A stretch of 64,000 nucleotides of DNA from Asterias rubens (lineage: Eukaryota). Below, in pieces: positions 48,833 to 59,899 of this stretch. The notes beneath the pieces are model-generated. The model saw only the letters and a list, made by a program, of their open reading frames with translations, made no database searches and was not told where the DNA came from. The stretch is taken from positions 14,384,001-14,448,000 of the forward strand of contig NC_047066.1 of assembly GCF_902459465.1 (NCBI RefSeq). The letters are read 5' to 3'. The position numbers were made by a program, and so were the translations under genes. Position 1 is the first letter of the stretch, and each line of letters opens with the position of its first letter.

Positions 48833-48990
48833 GGAATCAATGTGTGAAGAGGTTTTCAACTAGTGGTTTAATCCCAAGAGGCCTGGTTCTTGATAATTTT
48901 ACCGAGACAAAGTCGAGGTAAATTATAAAGAACCAGGCCTCGGCGGGTTAAAACCACTAGTTGAAAACCGATTCAACACACTTTGATTCC
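48833..48990. repeat. ~160-bp imperfect palindrome, probably internal to a DNA transposon
   Basis: gggaatcaa..ggttttcaactagtggttt..gaggcctggttctt..|..aagaaccaggcctc..aaaccactagttgaaaacc..ttgattccc. Confidence 0.75.
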
Positions 48991-50304
48991 CATTCATATA
49001 CCTTTTTCGGTCAAAAACATCATCACTTTTTGGTCAAAAAGTAAAATAAATGCAAAAAATATAATTGTTATAAATGATTTCTTTCAACACAACACCCCTC
49101 CAGCTATGAAATGGTTAAGCCCTCCGCCGCCCTCAGGTAAACAGCTCCTTATAAGGGAATGCTGTGTGCGTCGCGCGTATCGCGTGATGTGGCACAACTG
49201 ATTCAGCCGGTGCTCTCGACCAATAGGAATGAAGAAACTGTCTAATAAGAACAGGTGCAAGGTCGCGTGTCACGCCCATGAATTAACACTTTTTACCGGT
49301 CATAAACAAAGGTTTATACACACCCACGTGACGCGCTCTCCACCAATAGGAATAGCGAAACTGTCTGAGGTATTTATGAATACTTATTTTATGCTGTTTT
49401 ACATGTATGCTGTCTTATTAGAAGTTTCATAAGGATTTAGACAAAACCTTCCTATCGGTCGTCGTCATGACGATCGCGGATAATACTAAATCTGGTTTCT
49501 TGGTTGTAATTAGAGGACTATCCGGTTTATTAAAAGGTATCCGTGCCCCTTGCGGATATCCGGTTAGGTAAAAAACAGTATTCGTGGTTACGGTAAGGAA
49601 AAACTTTTCGCCATTAACCGGCTATTCAAGTTATTCGCCCAGACCTATTGCTGTGTAAACACTGTGCACTGTCCTGAAGCTGTAACTACAGCCCTAATGA
49701 ATAATTCATCCAGTTGCCGATCATGCCCTATGGCAAACACACATGATAGATTCACTCTGTTTCCAATAACCTGCAAAGGGTGCAAAGGGTCGAGTTCAGC
49801 ACCGGCTTTGAATCGATGCGAGATTCTCTTTCTCTGAAAAGACCTTAATTGAATTCTGTATCAAGTTTCATAAAATTATCCGTTTTTGCCAATTTGCTGT
49901 TTTTTCTTCACATACAGTACATGTACGTGTACAAGTAGTTCTGAAAGTAGTTGGTTTTGCAAATAGTTTGTGTAGTTTAGTATATTAAAGGAGTTTGAAT
50001 AAAATTCCTCCTCCACATCAACATTGCTAATATCGCGTAATATAACTGTATGGCACAGTCCAAAATAGTTTATAACCATGGCCTGCGTTGCCACTGGTCT
50101 TGGCCTTTTGCATTGACTTTAACATTTTCCAATGGAAGTGCCCCTTGCAAAATGAAAATGCCCTTGCCCTTTCAACATGTTCATAGACGAAATTCCAGGC
50201 CCCTGCTGGTTTAGTAAAAGAATTGAGCTACATTGTACATGATAAGCCTTGCTGTCTTGAGGATATTCCCCTCAATTTTGAGCCTTGCACTACAAAATCA
50301 TACA

Positions 50305-50347
50305 TTCTCCTGAAGACGAGCAGAGTATACTGTTCGAAACGTCAAGA
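50305..50347 (+). ncRNA. Minimal type I hammerhead ribozyme motif in a solo Penelope-like terminal repeat (~50305-50436)
   Basis: ttctc-CTGAAGA-c-gagcag(agtata)ctgttc-GAAA-cg-TC-aaga. The core is intact; the first helix I pair is a C-A mismatch. Confidence 0.65.
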
Positions 50348-50812
50348 CCAAACCGGCTCTTTTCAGAGCAAACACTCCCTCAAAAGAGATTTTTACACAT
50401 GGTTACCCGCAAGTCTACTATTCATTTTCATATTTAAAATTACAATGTACTCTCATACAATTAGTGTAAAGTAATCGACAGATGCACTCTGCGTTCCATC
50501 ATCCCCCCCCCCCATGGGCTAGTCAATTTGAAAGCTACTCAGCCATAACAACAGGCCACAGTAAAACCAAGAAGTACTCCTGGGGAATCTTGCTATATTA
50601 AGCCAAAAAAAAAAAAAATATGTTTGGCATCCTGCCTTTTTAATAAAAGGAAGGCGGAGGACCTTTTTAATGTTGTTGTTGTTAAATGTCCGGCCGACAC
50701 ATTTGTTAAAGACAACCGTCAAGTAGCAACAAGGCTGTTTTTCAAATTTGCTTTTGTTTTTGTCTGAGATCGCTAAAATGTGTTGTAAAAATAGGGAGAC
50801 TGCCAACGTACA

Positions 50813-51260
50813 GGGCTAGATAGCTCAGTTGGTTAAGTGCCGTCACGTTAAAGATGCTATGTCAGATTTTTGGCCCCAAACATTAAAAAATAGATTTTTT
50901 TGAGTGAATGGTATTTCAAAGAGTATCACCCGCTCTAACGAAAAAAAGTTTAACTTTTACTATTAATGGTCAGGAACCATAACAAAAATTTAAAACGTTT
51001 CTTATAAAACACATAAGAATTGGTCACGTGATATATTGTCGTGATCCTGACAAAATTTTGAGCACTTTATTTCACTGCTACTAATAATTGGTGGACTTTT
51101 TCGAGCAATGACTCAAATGAAAGCTTGTAACTTTCTCTGCCCCCATCAAAATACCTTTTGATATGATTGAATTTTAGATCAAAATTTTGGGGTCAAATCG
51201 GCCAAAAATCTGACATAGCATCTTTAATCCAAAGGTCATTGGTTCGAGTCCCACACTAGT
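50813..51260 (+). mobile_element. tRNA-derived SINE head split by a Kolobok-type MITE
   Basis: gctagatagctcagttggttaag (A box) ... ggttcgagtccc (B box). The two halves rejoin at a TTAA in the anticodon-loop region. Confidence 0.75.
50852..51223. mobile_element. 372-bp Kolobok-type non-autonomous transposon
   Basis: Perfect 24-bp TIR agatgctatgtcagatttttggcc / ggccaaaaatctgacatagcatct; TTAA TSD; 5'-AG terminus. Confidence 0.88.
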
Positions 51261-52330
51261 ACATTTTTCTTTATTCAACTCCCAATTAAAAAAAAAAAAT
51301 TTTTTTTTAAAAAGTAATAAAAAATAAATAACAAAGAAAGCAGCCTCAAACATGTTTTTTTTTGTGGCTTTACTCCACCAGGACAGTCATCCCAATGGGA
51401 CACTCATCACTATACTCTCGCTACAAGCTTCTTTGTGTGTATGGACACACCTGATCACGCTAACTCGGTATGACACAACTTGTCATTAGCTGTGACCGAT
51501 TGCAGAATATCAGATAGCTTTAAAAGAGCCTGAATTTGAAACGAATGTGTTTCGTGCAGATGGAGATGAATCAAATTGTATTTGAAATGTTCTCTCCTGG
51601 AAAGAGATCATCGGGTTGAATTGCCAGGTTAAGTTTATAACTTTAATATCAAAATTATTACTGCATTTCTTTGGGTCTCCGTTGGAAGGCTTGGGAAAGT
51701 TACATTTGTACGTAGACAGATCCATGTACCTGGGCTTGCATTGTGGCAAAAACCCCGCATGACTAGGCCCTACATGCTATTGCTACAGGGCTTGCAGCTT
51801 ATTGTGTTTACAACCAGAATCAAAATGAGGGGAACTTCCTGAGACGGTTTACCATGCAGGAACTGTTTTTTGAATCGCACTGGGTAATGTTTTTTTAAAT
51901 ATAAGATTAATTATGTTCTTCATTAGCCAACAAAAATGAAAGTAGATCATACTAAAGTCAACATTGAAACATTTTTCAATTTATTAACTCACTTCCCCTA
52001 AATATATTAAACAGTAGAGTAGGCCTACATGTACATGTGTACAGTATGTGTATTTTTTATTTAACTGAATAAAAAAAGGCTTCAGGCCTCAAGTCTTTTA
52101 ATATTTGAGCGAGAATTTACCTCTTTTTTCTCTCTACTTCAGAGAGAGCCCTTTCTCACAATGTTTGATAGACAACTCTCAATTGCTCTGTCCCAAGTAA
52201 TTTTTTTGCTAACATTAATAACAATTATTTTTTAGTAATTACAAATAGTGTCCAGTGACCAGGCTGATAAGTGTGTGTTCTTAATTCTTTTGCTACACCA
52301 ACAAAGCTGTAGTAATACACAGTGTGTTAA

Positions 52331-52699
52331 AGGCAGTGGACACTAATGGTAATTACTCAAAATACATGTGGTTATTAGCATAAAACCTGAGGTTATATAA
52401 AACATTGTGAGAAACGGCTCCCTCGGACATGTCTGAAGTGGAGTAGTTTTCGCGAAAAAAAGTAATTTTCCACGAATTTGATTTCAAGACCTCAGATTTA
52501 GAATTTGAGGTCTCGAAATCAAGCATCTGAAAGCACACAACTTCGTGTGACAAGGGTGTTTTTTCTTTCATTGTAATCTCGCACCTTCAGAGACCAATTG
52601 ATCTCAAATTTTCACAGGTTTGTTATTTTATGCATATATTTTAAGGTACACCAAGTGAGACGACCGGTCTTTGACAATTACCAATAGTGTCCAATGTCT
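52331..52699. mobile_element. Kolobok-type MITE (TTAA-flanked)
   Basis: ttaa|aggcagtggacact...agtgtccaatgtct|ttaa. Same family at 60981-61353 (inverted), with partial copies near 52140, 61400 and 63627. Confidence 0.8.
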
Positions 52700-53367
52700 T
52701 TAATGTGTCCTAAAGGTAATGCGGGACGCTGAAGCTACATTACATATTTGTACATTGCCGGTAGCATGTAAGCGCAACCACATGGTCCATGAAGTGTGAC
52801 CGATGACGTAAAAGGATTCAGTCCGACTAATTACTTTTATCACTATCAGGTCTGAAACTCATTCAGAAGATATGTTTTAAAGGATTATAATTTCCCACAG
52901 ATATATTGTCAGCTATTATCTTCCAGTATGCGCTAATCCACCAATCAGATGCTCAAACTTCTAGGGGGATAGAAACATATACTTCCTCTGTTTTATATAC
53001 TACATGTACTTCCTCTGTTTTTATTGAGTGTCAATGCATCACTCTCCGTATACGGACAGTGCAAAAACTTCATTCTAAACTTTGTGTGTGCGAAACAACG
53101 TTCTGAAATTTTAAACTTTGCGCGTTGCACATGAGACTGGAAGATGGGACGCAAAAGCGCTATATTTTTCTGTATTCCAGTCATGCTTGTATGATAACTT
53201 ATAATATAATCAACCTTGCATTGACATCATCTAGGCGCCATCTACATGTAAGAGGTAAAACGATGAAAAAACAATCAAAATGCACAGATTTGTACATGGG
53301 GCACCGAATTTGGCAAATGAACGACCGTCTTTATACTTAGGTGAGTGCACCCTACTGATATGATATC

Positions 53368-53543
53368 CAGGGCTGTATGTTTCGTTTTTGAAAGGGCAAG
53401 GGCACCAAGGCAATTTCTCTTTGTCATAGGGCACCCTATGAGGAAATTGTAAAATTCTACTGGAGCATTTCAAGGGCACCAAGGCAATGACAAGGGGCAA
53501 CGGAGGCAATCGCCTCTGTTGCCTCTGTTAAGTATCAGGCCTG
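53368..53543. mobile_element. 176-bp MITE with 6-bp TSD, related to the 901-bp element
   Basis: Termini cagggctg / aagtatcaggcctg; TSD gatatc at 53362-53367 and 53544-53549; internal gggcaccaaggc motifs. Older relatives occur in every TRIM spacer. Confidence 0.8.
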
Positions 53544-53797
53544 GATATCATGTGCAAGGTCCATTTAACAAACCAAGTAAGGCCAAGTAAATTAAATAAC
53601 ATGTTACTCGTCCCCGCAACCTCCCATTTTGGATGTTGCACCAAATTGTTTAGTTTATTGTTATGTATAAAAAATAAAAAAACAAAATGCTAAATCTATT
53701 TATCGGAGTCTAACAGTCATTTCAAGGGGCACCAAGGCAATGACCAGGGAGCATGGTGGCGATCTCTTTGTTGCCTCTGTGAAGTATCAGGCCTGAG

Positions 53798-54250
53798 GGG
53801 TCCTACTACTTGCCGTCAACTCACTTGTGCCGTCAACTCGCCGTCAACTCCTCCAATATACATTTAAAATCCACAAAAGAAGCATAGAACGGTGATCGTG
53901 AAAGAGAATTTGCGTAAGTTTTAGGTCATATTTCGGAATAAAAATTGAGTTTTTTTTCTTGTGAAAAAATTATCTCGAAGCAGCAAAACCGTCGGCCACC
54001 ATCTTGCTTTTTCGTTGGATTAATCTAGGCCCAAGATGTCAATGATTGGTACTTTTTTTGTCAACACAAAGTCGTTTTTGTGAATGAATTTGTACCGAAA
54101 ACCATGAGAAATATGTAGTTTAGCCCAGACTTAACACTTCCGTGCCCCATTTATAAATTTTTCAAGTAAATTTAATGAGTTGACTGCACGAAAATGATTT
54201 GACGGCGAGTTGACGGCAAGTCGGCGAGTTGACGGCAAGTAGTAGGACCG
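53798..54250. mobile_element. 453-bp non-autonomous DNA transposon, 8-bp TSD
   Basis: TIR ggtcctactacttgccgtcaactc / gagttgacggcaagtagtaggacc; TSD ggcctgag at 53790-53797 and 54251-54258; subterminal gccgtcaactc repeats. Confidence 0.85.
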
Positions 54251-54280
54251 GGCCTGAGTCTACATTAACTTGACTGCAGA

Positions 54281-54434
54281 CCTGGGGCCGATTTCACAAA
54301 GCAATGCAATTCATCGCAAGACAAATTTCAGTATCACCATAGTGATTTGTTTTGTGACATCACACTTTACTTAGCAACTATGATTGATTTGTAGTTGCGA
54401 TCAATCTAAGATCTTTGTTAAATCGGCCCCTGAG
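54281..54434. mobile_element. Harbinger-like MITE (relatives near 59508-59700, 60060-60235, 61431-61571)
   Basis: ggggccgatttcacaaag ... ctttgttaaatcggcccc inverted termini. Confidence 0.65.
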
Positions 54435-54500
54435 CGCTATTGTAGGAAGCCACTGGCACTACAATATTGTTATAGCCATAGGAAGAGTTACATGTAACAT

Positions 54501-55125
54501 GGCGTGTCACGGCCGAGCGGTTAAGAGCACTGGATTCAAGCTCTGGTGTTTGATCAGCAGAGTGTGGGTTCGAATCCCTGTCGTGACACTTGCTATGTAA
54601 AATTGGGGAGGTACATGTAGTGCTTCCTGCTCATCCGTATGGAATACCTGTTTCAGCCCTAGGAGTAAGTGGCAACGGCCTCTGAAATATTTTTTTTGTT
54701 GCCCACACCTTGAAGTGGCCTTCAGGCTAAGCTTGGGCGATATCGATTTATTTTATTCACGATATATCGCCAAAAATATCGCGATATTCGATATAATCGC
54801 GATTAATGAAATTTGTCATCATCAGTCTTAAAACTCCAAGTGAAAGTTGTAGAAGAGACAGTCCTAGCATAAGAGAGGTGTTCTAATGACCTATTCTTCT
54901 GGTTTTACTCCAAACCTATGGGGTGCAAGATGTCTCAGCTAGCAAATACATCGCGATATTTAATCGATATATCGATATATTGCAATTATCGCGATATATC
55001 GCGATATATCGATATTTCGATTAAAACCAAATCCATCCGATATCGAAATCGTGTCCAAATTAATATCGCGATATTCGATAATAATCGTGATATCGCCCAA
55101 GCTTACTTCAGGCCTGGTGTGTCTG
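54501..55125 (+). mobile_element. tRNA-Leu(CAA)-derived SINE, interrupted by a hAT MITE
   Basis: Head gtgtcacggccgagcggttaagagcactggaTTCAAGCtctggtg...gtgggttcgaatccc followed by a SINE body rather than a Pol III terminator. Related copies lie elsewhere in the window. Confidence 0.75.
54728..55105. mobile_element. 378-bp hAT-type MITE
   Basis: TIR taagcttgggcgatatc / gatatcgcccaagctta; 8-bp TSD cttcaggc at 54720-54727 and 55106-55113; many atcgat/atcgcgat motifs. Confidence 0.88.
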
Positions 55126-55158
55126 GCGAATTGCAAAAAAAAAAGAACATGTACATAC

Positions 55159-55338
55159 CTTGACAAATTCCATCAGTAGCTCTCCATCAAAGGTAGACGC
55201 TTCCTTTTGCAGCTTTAGCTTGCCTTTGGTGATTGTGAATGGAATGAGTTCATCATGACCCGTACCCCTACCAGCGATATCGTAGATGTCTAACCCCGAG
55301 ACAACGGTGTGTAGATCATTGAGGACAACATCAAAAAC
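55159..55338 (-). CDS. MLEC: Malectin exon 2
   Basis: AG|[60 protein letters not shown]|GTATGT. 180 nt, phase 0/0, matches the second half of the malectin domain. Confidence 0.92.
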
Positions 55339-55723
55339 CTGTCAAGAGAAGTGAGATATAATAACATTCTTTAGAGTCTAGCCACTGTGAACAACAAGCC
55401 TGGTCAAACTTAAAAGTATATTTCATGAGGGAAATGGTTGAATCTTGTTTGAGACTAAATCATAAAGCAAACGGGCTTGAAAGTGTAAAGCGCTCTATAA
55501 AAAAAAGAAACTTTTGCCAGAATCTACAGGTAAACAAGTAAACAGGTAAAACATAATACAAATGATTGAACCATGAGCAAATTGAGCACTGTTACTGTAT
55601 CCCTCCTCCATCCAGACGGACTTGTTTTATTTTTACGTATGGTATTTTCTGCGGAGAAAATGTTTATTTTTAAGAAACTACCCACTAATTTAAATAAAAG
55701 TTCAATCATGAGCTATTAGAATT

Positions 55724-55885
55724 CGGGTCATCTCGTACCCAAGTCAACTCGTACCCAAGTCAACTCGTACCCAAGTCAACTCGTACCCAAGTCAACTCGT
55801 ACCTAAGTCAACTCGTACCCGAGTCAACTCGTACCCAAGTCAACTCGTACCTGAGTCAACTTGTACTCAAGTCAACTCGCACCCA
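55724..55885 (+). repeat. 16-bp tandem repeat (aactcgtacccaagtc) x ~10
   Basis: Directly visible; no spacers. Confidence 0.95.
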
Positions 55886-56680
55886 AATAAATGTTTACTT
55901 GTACTGATAAATATTGTAGTTTAATTTATTTATTTATATTGTTAATCATACATTTAGCTATTCGTTGTTGCAATGATTTTTGTTTTCTTGTTTTTTTTTC
56001 ATGTTGCAGTTTTTTTTTACTTTTAGGCCTTACGGTGGGGAAAATTAATCAGAGAACTTTTTTTTTAATATAGGCTTGTTAGAATGAATTTTTTTTTTAT
56101 TCAGAAAAAGATAATCAGAACTTACGCAAAGTGTTTTGGTTTGAAAAAGTGGAACAGTATATTTGTTCAAATTTACTTGTTTGAATCGGAAAACGATAAT
56201 CAGAACATAACGCAAATGAATGAATTGAATGAATTTTTACCATGAAATTTTCTTTTGGGAACACTTTAACAGGAAACACACCCAGGTAAACATGAAGGTT
56301 TGCGTTTTATACATAGTATATTTTTTCATTGAAAAGAATTGGTCTCATATGAACATGGAGGTAGAATTATTTATACATCCATGATACGAAGAACTAGGTG
56401 TGCATCTGATCTTCTCAACGCCTTTCACGGCGACCCCGTCAACACAGGAATTTAAAAGAAACCACAATGGATCTGAATATATATTTATTGACCAAACCAA
56501 CAGCGGACGAAAAAGCAAAAGCCTACATTAAATTATAAACAGAATAAACGATAAAAAGACAAGGGAAATAAATAAAATTAAAAAAAAATGAAAAAAAAAT
56601 AATAAACAAATCGATGTAAACAATACCAAATAAAATAAAACAAAACACTGTAAATACATGTATACATTAGTTACTGGAAG

Positions 56681-57084
56681 TCATACCTATTTTTAAAATC
56701 ATCATACCTTTGATCTTGCTATTCTTATTAATTGACCATTGTTAGTTGCATCATGATGCAACTTGCTCTCTAATCCTACCCTTTCATGTCTCCCTCCATT
56801 GTTGTCGAACAATACATTTACCACTTTTATGGTCCAGTAACCCTTCCTTTCATTCTAAACATCCTTTGTCCTCGCCACTTCACTCCTATTGGTTCATAGC
56901 CCCCAATATTGTTTCTGTAATAGGAACTTTGATTGGCTGTTATTTTCCCGCTTCTTTCTGGATCCTTTCCTTAATCCCTTTCCCCCTCTCTTTTTCTATA
57001 AATGGATATGTATTTGTTTGTACTTGTCTTATGCCTCTGAAGAAGGTCCGGATTGGATCGAAAGCTAAGGCCATCTACCCTATT
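56681..57084 (+). mobile_element. 404-bp retro-insertion with 16-bp TSD ending in a hammerhead motif (Penelope-like/retrozyme type)
   Basis: cattagttactggaag duplicated at 56665-56680 and 57085-57100. Confidence 0.8.
57033..57071 (+). ncRNA. Minimal type I hammerhead ribozyme
   Basis: gcct-CTGAAGA-a-ggtcc(ggatt)ggatc-GAAA-gc-TA-aggc: helix I gcct/aggc, helix II 5 bp, palindromic AGCU helix III, cleavage triplet CUA. Confidence 0.8.
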
Positions 57085-57342
57085 CATTAGTTACTGGAAG
57101 AAGATATGATTCAGATTCAGTTATTTGGATAGCAGGCATGGCATTCAAGTTAGCAGAATGAATATCATAGCGGAAAAAAAGCAGAAATGAGATGAACAAA
57201 CATTATTAAAAACAAAATTCGTGAGATTATTATTAATAAAAGTGAGCTCCATATGATGGTAGAACATCATTTTTATTTCCTATCGCTTACAAAATCACGC
57301 CGCACCGAAATTCTCCGTTTCGGCATACAACGTACGTTGTAC

Positions 57343-57500
57343 GGTACGAGTTGACTTGGGTACGAGTTGACCTGGGTACGAGTTGACCTGGGTACGAGTT
57401 GACCTAGGTACGAGTTGACTTTGGTACGAGTTGACTTGGGTACAATATTTTGGGTACGAGTTGACTTGGGTACGAGTTGACTTGGGTACGAGTCGACCTG
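57343..57500 (-). repeat. 16-bp tandem repeat, inverted relative to 55724-55885
   Basis: (gggtacgagttgactt)n with one degenerate unit. Confidence 0.95.
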
Positions 57501-57782
57501 TTTCGATTTTTTATACATGTAAATTTCAATAGCAGTAGGCCTAGCACTGCTAGTTGCGATAACGTAACCCTCCTCCCGCTGTCATCGGGAGGAGGGTTAC
57601 ATGTACGTTATCTCAACTATAAATAATAGCACCTTGCATCAACCCTTTTGTCGTGTTCTGTTTTGTGTTAGTTTGTAAAGCTTTGTTTAACATATTACAT
57701 GTATACTCCTCTATAAAGTTTATAGTTTGTCGTTATAAAAATATTTTTTTCACTCAAGCCAAGACCCCCATGTTTCACAAAC

Positions 57783-58130
57783 CTTTTGCCGGGATGCTGC
57801 AAACCAAACCTCGCAAAATTTCAACACAAGCACATAATCTCCATCTTCTTCGATTGCGGTTGTATAGCCGAAGGTATTCACATCATATCGCTCCGTCTGG
57901 TAGAGGATTGCATCTTGTGGCGGCACACGCCCGATCACAGAAAGACTTTTTCCGAAGTCCGAGGCAACCCCAACCTCCAGCGGGTCACTCTCATATTCCA
58001 CGCCGTACACATCCCGATGCGCGGGGCCGCCACAGTTGACGGCGAACACCACATCGGCAATGGCATTTGACGGTGAAATGCAGTGAAGGAAACATGTCAA
58101 GAGGACCGTGAAATATGTCAGATGTTTCAT
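57783..58130 (-). CDS. MLEC: Malectin exon 1 (signal peptide plus first half of the malectin domain)
   Basis: [73 protein letters not shown]|GT. 348 nt; the start could be a slightly upstream ATG. Confidence 0.92.
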
Positions 58131-58531
58131 GCTGAAATGAAAATTGGAAATTGGTATAAAATTCGGTCTATTTGACATTTTGTGCGGTGAATTAGCAGCA
58201 GTCACTACACACAATTGGTCCCCGAGCGCTGCGTACGCATTGTACACACAGTGTATCGTGTTTGATCGTGGTTGGCCACATGTACAAAACGTTGACTTAC
58301 AAAGACACTACTTTATTCGCGTAGCCGTTTGTTATTTATCTAAAACTCAACTTATTACAAAATGTAATTTTTTTCAATCAGAAACTGCATACAAGTCAAG
58401 TTTTAATTTATTTTTGAACATTTTAAACAATATTCGAAGGCTTTATTATAAAATATTACTAAAAATATAATTTATTAACTGTGATAAATAAACAAACGAC
58501 TTTTTCTTCCCGAAAAGAAGCTCAATCCAAG
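58131..58531. promoter_or_regulatory. Probable bidirectional promoter between MLEC and TYW1
   Basis: Divergent start codons are 401 bp apart. CpG-richer patch, and a YY1-like caagatggc overlaps the TYW1 ATG. Confidence 0.6.
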
Positions 58532-58634
58532 ATGGCAGCCTCCGTAGCAGATATCTGCTTTCTATTTTGGTGTTTTTTAGTTTCCAATTTCTGTGGTTTT
58601 GAAGGAGTTTATGCCATCGATAGTGAAAACGAAG
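58532..58634 (+). CDS. TYW1: TYW1 predicted exon 1 (hydrophobic leader)
   Basis: caagATGGCAGCC...GAAG|gtagat. Phase 1 fits the acceptor at 59900. Confidence 0.6.
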
Positions 58635-59899
58635 GTAGATGAGACATATATACATGCACGGAACTTATCAATTTCAGCTTATTATCTTGAAATTTTGTTT
58701 TAAAACAATTTATTCTGCCGACAATCAGACAATGTATGCCTATGTGATATGACAGTTAAGCAGGCGTAGAGGGCGCTGTTTATATATATTTTGTGTATGT
58801 ATTTATATTATTATTTTTTATTTTTGGGGTACTGGTTATGATTAAGTAAAATAATTATGACAATTAACTGAGTTAATTTATTATGATTGGACCCTCTTGG
58901 AAAAATTGGGCAAATTTCAATCTTTGATTTAGTTTTTGTAAAATAGTTTTTGAAAGTTATGATTTGATTACTTACTTGCTCCACCACCTGTGACCTACAC
59001 GTATGAGTGTTGTGTAATGATTCTCTAATCTAACGCTACTGACCGACTCAGTATAAAGTGACCTACGTCTCGTGCTGCCCACCATCCCATAATTTATTCC
59101 TCCATGATATGTCATATGACTTACTGTTTACAATACAAACATTATAACTACATGTAGTAGTGCACTACATTTTGACACACAGGTAGTCAGGTACCCTCTC
59201 TAATCTTGTAGTCTATTGGTTGCAGCAGACTATTTAACTTTAGTCTGGGTGTCTTTTTAATAAATGTCAGTAACGGAGATCGTCACTTACCCGCTGACCT
59301 ATCTTGTCACTCTGGAACCAAGTTGTCTAACTGATGCCATGGCCTGTCAAGGCCAAGCTGTTGTTTCGCCCGTCCGCTTGTCACTGTCAGATGGACGAGT
59401 TGTCCGACAGCAAGTTATCTGACGGTTGAGTTGTCTGACATTTCAACTGTACATGACTGATAAAGTTGTGATGGTTGATCTTAACCCTAAAATTCTACAA
59501 TAAGTAGAGGGCCCCAATTTCAAGAAGCTGTTTTAAAAGCAGAAAATACTGCTTAGCAAATCTGTTTGGCTAAGCAAAACATGAGTAGAGGACAAGTGGG
59601 GATAATCTGCAGTGCTAGTTATCTGTTTCTTCCAAGCAATGTTTTTCGGCGCTTAGCAAGTTTTTTGTTCTTCTTACCAACCTTTGTAAAACTGGGTTCA
59701 TTTGTTCAGTCCCAATATCGTACTTTGTGAAGAGTGTTGTTACACTTGCAGTTTAATGCAAAAGAAGTTATCCCACAGTATGTGTGACATCTTAGCATGG
59801 AGAATCATGTTTATACTCGTGTGCAGATCATTCGCTGTTTCATTTATCACATTTTAAGCATTCATCGCACTCTTCATAATGTTTTTCTCAAACTTGTAG

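Noticed and set aside
51510-51749. 79-aa minus-strand ORF as malectin exon 3
   Set aside because: No GxxDNPK motif, acidic stretch or transmembrane helix in the frames I checked.
54501-54590. tRNA-Leu(CAA) gene
   Set aside because: Imperfect stems, continues into a SINE body, and several degenerate copies exist in the window.
55724-55885. CRISPR-like repeat array
   Set aside because: Head-to-tail 16-mers with no unique spacers, no cas genes, and a eukaryotic context.
56746-57090. 114-aa ORF in the hammerhead insert
   Set aside because: Low-complexity, pyrimidine-driven composition with no RT or endonuclease motif.
57653-58070. Plus-strand ORFs opposite malectin exon 1
   Set aside because: Antisense shadows of a GC-richer coding exon.
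59797-59899. ATG at 59797 as the TYW1 start
   Set aside because: A pyrimidine tract and AG acceptor at 59898-59899 in phase with the upstream exon explain the ORF better.
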